A stretch of 64,000 nucleotides of DNA, from the NCBI RefSeq assembly GCF_009914755.1, contig NC_060947.1, one strand, 5' to 3'. Source of the DNA: the human T2T-CHM13v2.0 reference genome, Homo sapiens. Within the stretch, counting starts at the first letter, position 1. Every line of letters starts with the position of its first letter. The notes under the pieces were generated by a model, which was not told the DNA's origin, did not search any database, and worked only from the letters and a program-made list of their open reading frames with translations. Below, piece after piece: positions 1-14,398 of this stretch. Position numbers and translations under genes: made by a program.

Positions 1-653
1 GTATTAGAAGCAAATAATAGCAAAGGAGGAACATCTATAATATAGTATTATATATATTATACTATAATGTACATCTTTCATGGCTACTATAATATGCTGA
101 TTGCTGCTGATATCACCGGCACTCTAGTTTTCACCTCTTGACTGCTACAGATCTTTCTACCATTCAAATATTTGCAGTAGACTCACAGATACAACCAAAT
201 AGTGAAAATTAATAAAGGCCTTTCCCTTCTACTTCATCCTATCACCAATTTATCCTTTCCCTTCCCCTTACTTTCCTGATTAATTGATTAATTTAGTTCT
301 GAAGCCATTGGGTGGCTTTTGAGAAAGCTAGGTTAGTAATGAGGGATATTCTGGCCTGAGGAGTCAGAACGCAAGCAAATTGATAAGGGTATCCATGTAG
401 GGGGAAGTGGCACGGAGGACTATTTCCTGAGCAGACTGAGCATGCATCCATGCCTGTGAGCAGTCTGGAGTGGGGTATCAGAGCTTATGTGGGCTAAGAA
501 GTGCTTCCATGTGCAGAAGTGGGCCAGTGTGGGGTAAAGAGGGCCTTCCTGAGTGGGAGCTGCCCAGCACAGGTGTCAGAATAGAAGTAGGGTGAGGAGG
601 TAAGCCACATGGAAAACAGCACTGTGAGGAGTTTGAGAGCAAGAACAGGATGC

Positions 654-783
654 GGAGGGTATCCACATGAAGGTAACGTTTGTTGTGTGTGTGTATACAT
701 GCATATATATACACATACACACACATCCCGCATATATATCATATATTATATGTGCATGTGGTGTATATATCTTACACAAACAT

Positions 784-790
<7 letters not shown>
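654..790. repeat. Inverted duplication A, arm 1 (partner 4891-5031)
   Basis: GGAGGGTATCCACATGAAGGTAA...ATGCACACA is the reverse complement of 4891-5031, with scattered substitutions and microsatellite length differences. Confidence 0.9.

Positions 791-827
<37 letters not shown>
785..827. repeat. (CA)n microsatellite
   Basis: About 21 CA units read directly. Confidence 0.95.
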
Positions 828-829
<2 letters not shown>

Positions 830-1740
830 TGGAGCAACAACCCACCCAATAGCATCAAGCTATTGGCACCCACATAATGCCTTTTAAATACCAATCTCCA
901 CTGAAAGAAACCAAGTCTTTTGCAAAGTAGATTATTTGAGAGCTAAGGCAGAGAAAACACAAGAGGAACCTGGAATATCCTCTTGTGTCAGGAAGCAAGA
1001 AAGTGCTTAAAGCATGGTGGGGACATTTCAAAAGGAAACAAGTTGAAGAGGCGCCCATTGCCCAAATCTGGGCTATGTGGGGAGTATGAGTCCATACTAA
1101 TATAAATGAATAAATAAATTTAACATTTAATGCTGAACAAGACATTTGCATAGTCTCTAAGTACCTACTCCACAAAATACTTATTAGCTAAAAAGGGGAA
1201 AGAGTAATTATCTAGTGCCTGGCAGATGACACTTTACTCAAGTGAAGTAAAGCAGCATCATCAGTAATGAGTCAAATCAAAACTGTGTACCTCCTGTTAG
1301 GAAGCATTGAGAATAACATTTGATAAATCCAATTGTAAGGAAACATCAAACAAACCCAAATTGAGGGAAATTCTACAAATTCAGTGGCCTGTAATTCTCA
1401 AAAATGTCAAGATCATATAAGTCAATGATTAAGGAGCTACTTCAGACTAAAGAAGACTAAAGAGATATGATAAATTAGTACAATACCTGATTACCAACTG
1501 GATCCTTTTGTTATAAAGAACATGATTGAAACAATTATTTAAATAAGACCTGAAAATTATATAGTGACTATTAATAATGTTAATTCTGACTTAAATGCTA
1601 CAAAAAAAGGCATTCCTCTATGTCATTTATGTAGAAATAGAAACATTTTGGGAGTGTTAAGGGAATCAATTTAATGACCTACTGTCTCATAGTTAAGAAT
1701 TAAAAATTTAGTTGTAAATTTCCTGCAAGTTTAAGATTTA
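828..1740 (+). mobile_element. Ancient L1M (L1MC/MD-type) 3' UTR fragment
   Basis: AAATACCAATCTCCACTGAAAGAAACC, GAGTCCATACTAATATAAATGAAT and CCCAAATTGAGGGAAATTCTACAAA resemble L1MC/MD 3' consensus blocks. Confidence 0.6.
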
Positions 1741-1880
1741 ATTTTAAAATATTTATACAAAAAAGATCAATATGTCATTGGCAGATGTAGTATGTGCCTG
1801 AAATGCAGAATATAATCAAGAAATATTTATGAAGTGATTTGATGAATGAATTGAAAGAGAATGAAAAATAAAGTATTTCT

Positions 1881-2176
1881 TTTTTTTTTTTTTTTTTTAA
1901 GACGAAGTCTTCTGTCGCCCAGGCTGGACTGCAGTGGCGTGATCCTGGCTCACTGCAACCTCCACCTCCCAGGTTCAAGCAAATTCTTCTGCCTCAGCCT
2001 CCTGAGTAGCTGGGATTACAGGCATGTGCCACCACACCAGGCTAATTTTTGTATTTTTAGTAGAGATGGGGTTTCACCATGTTGGTCAGGCTGGTCTTGA
2101 ACTTCTAACCTCATGATCCACCTGCCTCAGCCTCCCAAAGTGCTGAGATTACAGGCATGAACCACCATGCCCAGCC
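1881..2176 (-). mobile_element. Alu (AluS, Sg-like)
   Basis: Dimeric Alu with poly(T); perfect TSD AAAATAAAGTATTTCT at 1865-1880 and 2177-2192. Confidence 0.95.
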
Positions 2177-3094
2177 AAAATAAAGTATTTCTAATTAAAA
2201 ATTAAAAAATAAAACATTTTATCCTTGGAAAACAAATAGCTATGTATTGCTTTTTTTTAAAAGAATGGAAATAATATATTCAATATATAAAAATTAGGTT
2301 TAGCACACTTTTTAAGAATGCACATATTGGGTATATTTAAGACTATGTAACCTTTTTTTAAGATTACAAAACCCTGAGAAGAAAAATATTATCAAAATAG
2401 CAGGCATGAATTAGTGTTTGTCAGCCTCTACCCCCGTCCATTTGTGAGAAATCCATAACATTGAAAAGTACTTCAAAATGGTTCCAAGAATACCTAGAGA
2501 GTGACATCTGTCTCTTTGACCAAAGGGTGGCAGCAATGATTATCTTACTATTAATTTTAATTCCCTATATTGAGGTTTCCTCTTTCTGTTGAAACTAATA
2601 GGCAGCAACAATTTTGTCATTTCCCCCAGAAGGTACTGCTTTTGTTCATGCCGGCCAAAGGCAATGTTGCAGTGATCAGTGTCTGCTGATGCTTCTATCA
2701 TGTTGGCTAATGCCTGATATTGAGAGTGACTAACGTCTGAGATGAGAATGTCTTTTCCTGTCATTGGCAAAGCTACAGACATGCCAATATCATGTTTCAG
2801 AAACCACCACTTGCTTCATTTTTTCAGAAGAATAAAAAACTGCTGTAATAATGCATCTGATTTTTGTGTAAATTTGACTTTAGTATTTTATTTGTTCTCT
2901 GATTGCAGTTTGTTAAACTATGCTGGGACTTATCAAGTACCTAAGGGGTTGGAAAGGAACAAATCTAAACGGCATAGTAGCCCTGCCTTATTCTATCTCT
3001 CCTGGCCTTGAGCTCATTATGTATACCTCAGTTTTTCCTTCTTAATCTTTCCTAGGAGGATAATTGATAAGCCTACCTCCAGCTATTCTTTTTG

Positions 3095-3229
3095 GTGTTT
3101 GTTTATTTATTTAAAGATGGGGTCTCACTATGTTGACCAGGCTGGTCTTGAACTTCTGGCCTCAAGTGATCCCCCCATCTTGGCCTCCCAAAGTTCTGAG
3201 ATTACAGATGTGAGCCACCATGCCCGGCC
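3095..3229 (-). mobile_element. Alu monomer (FLAM/AluJ-like)
   Basis: GGGTCTCACTATGTTGACCAGGCTGGTCTTGAAC...GCCCGGCC, single arm. Confidence 0.85.
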
Positions 3230-4890
3230 CTACCTATTCTTTAGGTATGCACAGATAAGAGTAAACCCAAAAGCCAGGAAAGCTTTGACTTGAGCATGAC
3301 CCTATCTATATATGAATGCCCTCCTAGTTCATACACAGATGTGAGCACATGTGCAATATGATACACAGTTTTTCAGAAAGGTATATCAAACTCCACCAGA
3401 TTATAATGCATTGTAAATTTATTTCCATTCATAATGTTAAAAGCATTAGTGTCTTCAAATAAAATCCCTACTAAATTATCTATAATGTAATAATACATGC
3501 ACCGTTATTTCAAACTTTCTTCTAAAATCTCATTTCTGCTTTTAAAAATGGTCATGAACATATATACAGAAAACATCGTACCATGTGATATTATGCCATA
3601 GAACTATTATGTGTACCTGTATATATACAGCCAATAAAGTTGTAGTAAAAAATGAATTATATTAAAAACCAAGAATTATTGAGCATTCTAGTTGTTTTTA
3701 GTTAAAACAGTTTAATTGGTCTTTAAAATTATTTCATTTGTTGAGAAAAGTAAATTTAGATCCTTTATTTTAGTGAGAATAAGCATCAAATGTATACATA
3801 AAATAGTTTTAAATTGGGGTTTTAAAATACACAAATTTTAGTATTCTTCAACATATTGAGCTGATGTAGATTAGACAAATAAAGAGTGGTTTCTATTGCT
3901 GCAGTAAATAGCATGATCATGGAAGAAGATATATTTTTTAAGGAATCAAGTTAATAGTAATTAAAAATGTACATCAGATGAATAATACAGTTTCTTTTAA
4001 GAGAGGGACTTGCTTAGATGCCAATATATAATTTAAATTCCTTTGGGATTTTCAAATAAGACAGGATAAATAGTACAAACAACTATAACTCTCACCCTAA
4101 AACAAGATAAAATAAAAAAACTCATAAAGCTTCATGAAGGGAAACCATTTCAAAGCAGAAAATTAACATTAAACGTGGGGAAAGACAAATGATAATGTCA
4201 AGATTTCCAATAGAGAATATACAATAACAGCTGTTCCAAAAGATGACAAAGAATTAAAATAGTAATTATTTGTGTGATATCATTTTTTAAATAAAAATTT
4301 TTTGTTAATTTTAGTTTTTAAAAATGTGCTTTTAACCTTTGGTTTATATTCCTGTTAGTTTATTTTTGACCTTAATGTAGCAGATGGGTTATAAATAATA
4401 ATCAGTATGCATACATGTTATTTCTTTAAAAATTAGTCATGTTTGTTTAATGGAGAAAAATCCAAAGATATTGAAAATATATTAAAATCAAGAGAATTAA
4501 GAGGTTTTTTTAATGAGCTTTTAAATTTTCTCTTGTATTATATGACACCAGACTATGGCCTGTTCCTTGGGATAGAGGGTAGATGAACATCCAATAAACT
4601 CTTATCTATTCCTTAGGCATTGCCTCTTTGTCCATTAAGGTATTTATGCCCTCACTCATTTCTTTTCCAAATTGGATTTATGGTCCATTGAGTTGTGTAT
4701 TAATAGTCTTGCAGTTAGAAACTTCTCATGTATAGAGGTTTTTTTTCTCTCTACCTATAAAAGCTAGTATTTGAGTCAAACAGGTTTTGAATATTCAGGC
4801 ATCTGCATATAAGTTATTATTTCTTCTTCTCATTCCCAGCTAATTGAGTGGCACCTTGTATTAAGATATGAGGAGATGTGCTAGGAACTC

Positions 4891-5031
4891 TGTGTGCATA
4901 TTTGTGTAAGGTATATACACCACATGCATATATAATATATGATATACATGCGGGGTGTGTGTGTGTGTGTGTGTGTGTGTATACATGCACACACACACAC
5001 AACAAACATTACCTTCATGTGGATACCCTCC
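4891..5031. repeat. Inverted duplication A, arm 2 (partner 654-790)
   Basis: Reverse complement of 654-790. Confidence 0.9.
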
Positions 5032-5347
5032 CTACTTGTAAATAGAATAAAAGTTGGAAAGGCTATGCAGTGTATTTTTGATTACTAAAGCCTAGCATGG
5101 GACACCAGTTAATCTGATTATGGCCTATAAAGAATTGCAAAGAATGAGATAAATACATTGGACTAGTTATTATAATAAAGCTCTCAGGACAAAAGGTAAA
5201 TGGTTGCAACACGGAAATAGTTTTTCCCTGTCATGTCTAACAAAATGCTTTATAAACCCCACCACACTTCTTGTGAATGGGAATATTTTGTTGAAAGGGA
5301 AAATGAATTGGTGGAAAAGAAAAGGTTAATTCCAGCTTTAAAAATCA

Positions 5348-5734
<387 letters not shown>

Positions 5735-6759
5735 CTAAGAACCAGAATCTCAGCAACTGTATTAAAACCCTTTTTCTTGTATGTAAAAACAAAGGGGTTG
5801 TATTTTAAATGTTAAATATTTTGTGTGAATATAAGAAATTAGTATGTTTTAGAAGATTTATTATATATATAAGATATTTTTAGAAAAATACAAAGCTTCG
5901 TTAAGCGTTATGGAAGTATGATTTATGAGAAGAAGGTATGATCATATTTTTGAGGAAATTAAGAAAACTGCTTCAGGATAAGTCCTCCACTTTAAAAACA
6001 AGGTAGGATGTAATTTTAAAATAGACATATAGCATTAATTGATATAAAGCCATTTTCTATCTTTAGAAATAAATTTACATACATATTCATTAACTACGAA
6101 CATATATTCCAATTATAAGGTATTAATTTCTACTGTTAAATAATTTTACCTGGTATTTTAATCACTTCTTTATTCATGTATGCAGTAATATCTATACTGC
6201 TAAAAGTGAAATAAAGCCTACATTGATTAGACATCCTTTCTCAAATCTAACCTTACTCAAATTTTTCAAGTAATTAAAACAAATGTTAGTTTAGAAATAG
6301 TATGTTGCCATAAAATGCTGATCTCAATTGGATGCTGGTGACTGTTTCTCAAACTATCTTTTCCTGTGGTATAGAAAAATGAAGTGATTGATATTCTGTT
6401 TGTTTTGCTGTTTGATAACGATTTTAAAATAGGTGGGGAGCTAATGAAGTTCAGATGCTTTAAACTTGTCATTCTGAGCATTAACTGAGGGAGACTGCAA
6501 ATCTTGCATCTGTAATGGCTAGTCTCTTGAAAAGTCTATACATAAACACTTAATTAGTTAAGAGCCACCAATTGACCTTTCTTTATACTACTTGAACTAT
6601 AAGAATATTAATTATAAAAGCTTCTGGAAAGCATCTGTTTTGTATATTTCTTCTCTCACATCTCCAGAAACTATGATAATTGAGTCTGATAAAATATTTA
6701 GAAAAATAAATACATAACATTAGCAGGAGAATGGAAAGTAGATTGGTGAATCAGAACTG

Positions 6760-7008
6760 AGAGGCAAGGAGGAGTAAGTCACATCTTACGTGGATGGCGG
6801 CAGGCAAAGAGGGAGCATGTGCAGAGAAACTCCCGTTTTTAAAAACCATCAGATCTCGTAAGATTAATTCACTATAATGAGAACAGCACAGGAAAGACCC
6901 ATTCCCATAATTCAGTCACCTCCCACCAGGTTCTTCCCAGGACATGTGGGAATTGTGGGAATTACAATTCTAGATGAGATTTAGGTGGGGACACAGCCAA
7001 ACCAAATC
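6760..7008 (-). mobile_element. THE1 (MaLR) LTR fragment
   Basis: Ends GGTGGGGACACAGCCAAACCAAATCA, the reverse complement of the THE1 LTR 5' end. Confidence 0.85.
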
Positions 7009-7431
7009 AGCCAGTATTTGTCTGAGTTTGACCAAGAGAAAGCACTATTAGGAGATTGGATTGTGGGTGGAGAAGACATCCCTCCCACCATCCAATCTCC
7101 TAATAGTGGAGGACAGGGATATTCATGCTTTTCTTCCTCATTCTGTTTCTACTTCAGGCCATTGTTCTGTCAATATCTGCTCCCCTTCATCACTATAGAT
7201 CCTCACTATTCTCTTCTGTCCAGCGTTTACTAAGCTCCATAAACACTCTTTCTTCTCATTGTCCTTATAATGGCTTGGTTTCTTTTGGTTGTTTGTCTCT
7301 TGGTACATCAAAATCTGGTGTTAGTTCCCTTAGGTTTCCCTAGATCTCTATAAATTGCCCCTTCATGACATCTCTTTAGTTGAACCATCTGAATGGAATT
7401 CTGTTTCATGGTAAGTCCCCTCACTAATTTG

Positions 7432-7584
7432 GCTATGGTATGGGGTCAGAACAGAGCTGTACGTAGATTCTAATTACCAGGATGACTAAGGATTCCTATC
7501 ATGACTTCCAAGAAAAGGATCAATGATATAAAGAGATCATTGTTGACTTTCTCAAGTCAGAAGATATCTGATCTGTCAAGGGGA
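7432..7584. repeat. Inverted duplication B, arm 1 (partner 8154-8306)
   Basis: 153 bp; 152/153 identical to the reverse complement of 8154-8306 by manual comparison. Confidence 0.97.
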
Positions 7585-8153
7585 AAAAAAAAGTGGGAGA
7601 TTCTTGCCAGGGGCCTGCAAAATTCTACATCTCTAACTTGATTCCTGCTGGTGGAGACACATGATCTTGTAGAGGATGGACTTAATACAAGCGTGTTGGT
7701 TTTAATTAACTTGTTTATCAACATTAAGAAGATGAAAAATTAAAATAGTATACAGCCTAAGACCATAAAAATAAAATGCATGAAAACAGAAGAAGATATT
7801 AAGCCATTGAATGAATAGACTTAAAGGGGCTTAGTGTACTATACACATATCAATGAGAACACATAATTTCAAATTTGAAGATAAATACAGAGCTTCACTG
7901 GAGAAAAAGTACATCTACGAGACATGTTTTGGTACAATAAGAACTTTCTAAATAGCTTTTCTAAACATTATTAAAGGTAAAATCCTTCTAATGATTGACT
8001 TATTTTTAAGTAATATTTGAAATGATAAAATTCTAAATGTAAATGTATTTAAAGATGAATTTAAAGCCTGTTATAGTAGTGTCTGAGTTAGAGATCAAGG
8101 ACCATAAACATATGGTCCCCTTGTTTATGGTCAGGGGACCAAGGGTCCCCTGA

Positions 8154-8306
8154 TCCCCTTGACAGATCAGATATCTTCTGACTTGAGAAAGTCAACAATG
8201 ATCTCTTTATATCATTGATCCTTTTCTTGGAAGTCATGATAGGAATCCTTAGTCATCCTGGTAATTAGAATCTACGTACTGCTCTGTTCTGACCCCATAC
8301 CATAGC
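8154..8306. repeat. Inverted duplication B, arm 2
   Basis: Reverse complement of 7432-7584 with one mismatch. Confidence 0.97.
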
Positions 8307-8459
8307 AGTTTCAAATCCAAACTAGAGAAGATGAAGGTAGGGTTGTAGCTATTTCAACCCATGGGCTCAGAATATTTTATTCTTTGGGACCGATTCGAAC
8401 TCTGGTCAGAAATTCTAATGTAACGAGACTAATTTCCACTTAAAACTTATAAAAATTTT

Positions 8460-8841
<382 letters not shown>

Positions 8842-9487
8842 CTAGACTCTGCCTATTTATCCAGAGTTTCCATTTCTACCTTTGTTACAAGACAATGTGC
8901 CTGAAATCTAGCTCACTTGTCTCTTACTTTCTTATCCTAATGTCCCTATGTCCTGCTACTCTGTCTCTTAGATTTTAGATGTAATGACATTAGGCTATTT
9001 CTTCATGGCTCTAGTAATATTTTTTATTTGTCCAATGATCCTCCAACTGTACAGTACACCTGGGAAACACTATATCTGTCTCCTCTTTTCTCTTTCCACA
9101 CATTTTAACACAACTCATTGCTTTGAGCTTTCGTGGTGAGCTCTTATTGTCTTACTTGTTTCCAAATAATAGTAAAAAAGAAAATTTTCTATGGTTTTCA
9201 GTGACATATTGATATCTCCCAATTGAGAACATATAGAATTTAGTTTTCCAAAATGAGGTTATTTAATCTAATAGGTTTAAATTGTTTGTGGATATATCAG
9301 TCACCACAAAGAACAAAGTAGAAATCCACGTGGATAACTGTTGCAGTGGAATAAGTTACAGGAAAAATGTCCCTGAACATGACATCAATTATTTGTATTA
9401 CTGAAAAAAATCTTATTCCACTCTCTTGATATGCTTCTAGAAATATAACATGTGCTTGAGAAAAGAAGTACATGCCAGAGGATCATA

Positions 9488-9622
9488 TTTTTATTTTTTA
9501 ATTTTCATGGGTACATAGTAGGTGTATATATTTTGGGGGTACATGAAATGTTTTGATACAGACATGCAATGATGCATAATAATCACATCATGGAAGATGG
9601 AGTATCCATCCTCTCAAACACT
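9488..9622 (-). mobile_element. Short L1MA-type 3' end
   Basis: T-rich tail followed by GGGTACATAGTAGGTGTATATATTT... Confidence 0.7.
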
Positions 9623-12379
9623 TAGACAGGATCATTTTGAAAGATATTTCATATTGTGTCTCAAACTATACTTAGTAAGGTCTCACATAACTTTGATTGG
9701 AAATCGTATTGAGTTCCCTTGAAGTGGGCAATGAGTACAAGGGGAAAATGTAGTACTACAAAAAGAATAGATGAAGCTGATACAAGAAAAAAATCAGAAT
9801 TTTTGGGGGGGAAAATCAATTTCCTAAGTTGAAAGCGAAAAAAAACCTCCCAAGTTAATTTTCTCCATTCATAACAATCTGAATTGAATTGAATCTATTG
9901 CTACCCTATGACTTTGATTCGTTCTTCCTTTCACTAATCTTTTTCTGCCTCATTTAAAATATTCCCCACCTGCTCCTTTCTATCTGATGATTTTTGCAGA
10001 ACTAATGAAAAACAATCATTCTGAAAAACAAATTCAATATTTTTATATAGAGAAAATGGTGTGTATATAAATGCTCACATGCATATCTACTTGTAAATTT
10101 TCTTCAGCAGCCTTTCTGCTCACTTTCAAAAAGCCAAAATTTATCGATAAGTATACCCATCATTACTGACTAGCCTAGATCTCCTGCTGACCCTAAAGAT
10201 ATTCCCATTTACCATGTTTACTACACATAAATAGCTGTCCACCATATTCAGAATAGCACTCTGTCTTCTTTAGTCTTCATCATTCCATTGGTTTAATTAT
10301 TTCCTGAGTTATTCATGAATTTTAATTATGGAATCTATAAGACTGCCTGCAACTCCATTGTACTTAAATATGTATTTATTCTTGTTTGATTTCAGGTGAT
10401 ATCCTGGCAGGATGGCTATTCCACTCAAAGCCCATCCCATAGAGAGTGAGAGAAGAAAAGCAACTCAAGTTAGATTAAGTAAGGAATGAATTTTTTATAG
10501 GAAACTCAATGCCTCACAGTATTTGGGGGAGGTTTGTAAAAACAGAATACAATCTGAGTGGAGTATATTGTTTTATTGCTGCCAACTCTTTGCTCCCTCC
10601 AAGTTATAGGATTGTATATCTAAGCTCTATGTCTGTGATATTGAAGTGTCTCCCAGTAGAACAGGCACATAATATGTCTCCAACTCTTTTACTTTGACCA
10701 AATGAAGGTGACACTATGCCAGTTTTGAATAGTTGCTTTAAGACGAATCTTGCATTTTGACTCATTCTCTTGTGTTCCTGCCATCCTTCAGGAGGAGAAC
10801 ATGCCCTAGGGTGTTGCTGCTGCTTCAGCCTGGATCTCAGAATGATAGCTCTGTGAAGCATAATTGAACCTGATATGCTGCCTGAAAAAGAGCTGCCACA
10901 ACCAACTTGCAAACCCATGAGGAACAAAGTAAGCTACACAACTGAAATTTTGAGCAAAAGTTGACTAATAAGTTGCGGTTTTGAGAATGGATCTGAAAAT
11001 CACATGACAGAACGGAGTCACCAACAGAAGGCTCCAAGAGTCTACCACATAGTGTTTTTACTAGACCTTGCTGATCAGAAATTAGTTACATATCTGTGAT
11101 CAACTGCAAGAAACATGTTTTCTTTATTCTGAAAGGCTATTTGCCATGTTAATTTTATAATACTGTGAAAGAGGAAAATGATCCTTAACATCAGTTAATT
11201 TTAATTCAGCAAGAGTTTGTTTTTAAAATCAGTTAAAAAAAGATAAATGCATTATTATAGAAAGGCAAAGCATACAAATAGAAAATGTAAAAAAAGAACT
11301 ATAGTCAACAAATTTTAAGTGATGAAAGAAATATAATGTAAATAACAGGATATCATTGGTTTGGACCAATGATATATATATATATATAAAATATAAGAAA
11401 TACACATATATAAAATATAAAAATTATATATCTATATATCTATATATCTATATCTATATCTATATATATCCCCAATATTGGGGATGATGGAATTATGAAT
11501 ATTCATCTGTATAAATATAGATCACCTTAATAGAGTTTAAAGTGACATTTGCAAAAAAATAATATAAAACATTGCCAGTGGAATAGTTTTTTTTAAAAAA
11601 AAATATTTACTTAGTACATTTTGGCTATATGCATTAAAAGCATAAGTTTCATAAATTCTTTCCATTCCTTGTTCTATTTCTCATGTGATGACCTTGTTAC
11701 TAATCTATCTGAGAAAAATGAAAGGGATCAGAACAAAATCTTCTCATTCTTCTTCTATCAAACTGCTCACTATAATGGGCCTTAATATTGGTAGAAAGGA
11801 TGGACTGTCTATAAATCTAATGCCAATCACTTCTCTTATTGTATTGAGTATACTCACTCTTCCTTATGAGAAAGTGTGCTGTAGTCATGGATTGGAAAAT
11901 AACACATTATTATGGTGGTGATTCTCCCTACATTTATCTATAAATTCAATACAATCCTTATGCTAGAAGGCCTTTTTTTTTTTTTTTTTTTGCTAAAAAT
12001 TGACAAGCAAGCTGACCCTTAAATGTATATGAACATTTAGAGATCTAGAATAGGCTAAAAAATCTTGAAAGAATAACAAAATTGGAAGACTTATGCTTCC
12101 CATTTTCAAACTTATTATAAAGCCACGGTGATTGAGGCAATGTGGTATTGGCATAGGGATGGGCATATAGCTTTGTGAAACAGAATTAAAAATTCAGAAA
12201 CAAATCATTATACTTCATCATAAACAATTGACTATTGATCAAAGTGCCAAGGCAATTCAATTGAGAAAGGGCAATCTTTTCAGCAAATGATTATAAGATA
12301 ATTTGATATCCACATGCAAATGATGAATTTAGACCCTTACTTTATATCGCATCAAAAATGAACTCAAAATGGATTATAA

Positions 12380-12696
<317 letters not shown>

Positions 12697-12869
12697 CTAA
12701 ATATAAGAGCCAGAAATGAGACAGGCTCTTATATTTACGTTTATATAAATGTTTGTATGTTTATATGACGATTCATACTGAACCATGTTAGAAATAACAA
12801 AATAAAAAATAATAAAAATAATAACAGCTTATTATATGCTGGTGGGTGTGTGATTTAGTATAATATTAA

Positions 12870-13222
12870 CATACTAAATCACACACCCACCAGCACCATG
12901 ACAGTTCTAGGAACACTCATATTTGGTGCAAACATGGGTGGCACCACAGTTTTGAGAAATCTCCACCTTCTTCCAGGAATCTTCATGAATATTTTACCCC
13001 TTGGATAAAGCAACTCATAAAGGTAGCAGCCCCTAAACCCTTTGCACATGACTCTTTCAAGTATGCCCATGCTCCTTTCTTAAGTATGTAATTTCACTTT
13101 GCAATAAACCTCCGTATCATCACAATTTTATGACTCATCCTTGAATTCCTTCTGTGATGGTGTCAAGAGCCTGGATACCAGCTGGAGTCAATGTCCCACT
13201 GGCATTTTGGGACTTCCTCCAT
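12870..13222 (+). mobile_element. ERV1 LTR fragment, MER41-family-like
   Basis: CACACCCACCAGCACCATGACAGTT block shared with MER41; AATAAA and U5-like end. Confidence 0.6.
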
Positions 13223-13343
13223 TATCAAAAGTATAAAATTTCTAGGTAAGAACATAGAAAATAAAATCCTTATGAACTTGAGCTAGCCCAAGATTTCTTA
13301 GACAAGACACCAGAAGCAAAATTCATAAAATAAAAAAAATGAC

Positions 13344-13655
13344 GGCTGGGTGCAGTGGCTCATGCCTGTAATCCCAGCACTTTGGGAGGCGAAGGCGGAT
13401 CCTCAGGATCACCTGAGGTCAGGAGTTTGAGACCAGCCTGTCCAATATGGTGAAAACCTATCTCTACTAATAATACAAAAATTAGCTCAGCATGGTAGTA
13501 CATGCCTATAATCCCAGCTACTCGGGAGGCTGAGGCAGGAGAATCACTGGAACCTGGAGGCAGAGGTTGCAGTGAGCCAAGATCACGCCATTGTACTCCA
13601 GCCTTGGTGACTGAGTGAGACTCTACTTCAAAAATATATAAATAAATAAATAAAT
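13344..13655 (+). mobile_element. Alu (AluSx-like)
   Basis: Dimeric Alu with (TAAA)n tail. Confidence 0.93.
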
Positions 13656-13781
13656 GATAATTTAGAATATTTAAAACTTTTGGGCTTCAAATCACACTAC
13701 TAAAAAAACTCAAAGTTTTGGCAAGGATTTGGAAAAACTATAACCCTAACGCATTGCTATTGGAATGTAAAATGGTGCAGA

Positions 13782-14398
13782 TGTTAGAGTAGATAGTTAG
13801 ACAGATATAAGCAGGGTAGGAAAGGGCCTCCAGAAATGGGAGGTGCTCTTCAGGTGATGGTCAAGCAGTCATAAAACTGTCCGTCTGAAATGATAAGTGG
13901 CCATGACTGGCGTCAATAGGACGGGGAGCTTCCCAACAGATAGTAGACATCTGGAGCCAGCAAACTGCAATTCCTGATAAGGTCTTCAGCATGTGAAGTA
14001 AGGGGCAAAATGGTGGAGTTTGACAAGTATATGACCTTCCTCTAGGGGCACTTGACACAAGTGAGCATGTGCACAACTTCAGCTAACCCACAGCACATGC
14101 ATATGACCCCCCAGATACTGGCAATTATTGTGCATGCAGCGATTAAGCAACAGCCTGACCCAAGGGAGGGACCAGGGGAGGAGAAAAGAAAACCCCAGAA
14201 ATAAGCCAATGTATAAAAATCTCAAGCCAATAACTGAGTGGGGCACTCGATCTCTCAAGTTGCCTTCTTGGCCCTCTTCCAAGTGTATTTTTGCTTCTTT
14301 CAATAAACCTTTACCTGTCCCTTAAAACCCACCTCTGCCTTCTTGGCTGAATTATTTCCTCTGGGGAGGCAACGACCAAAATTGCTGTGGATCCACCA
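13782..14398 (+). mobile_element. ERV1 LTR, MER50-like
   Basis: Starts TGTTAGAGTAGATAGTTAGACAGA...AGCAGGG, as recalled for MER50. Confidence 0.7.

Noticed and set aside
478-887. Cluster of overlapping His/Thr- and Cys/Val-rich ORFs
   Set aside because: Translation of (CA)n/(TG)n microsatellites
2540-2830. Unique-looking sequence with short ORFs, possible exon or enhancer
   Set aside because: No recognisable protein similarity or convincing splice pair; conservation cannot be judged from the sequence alone
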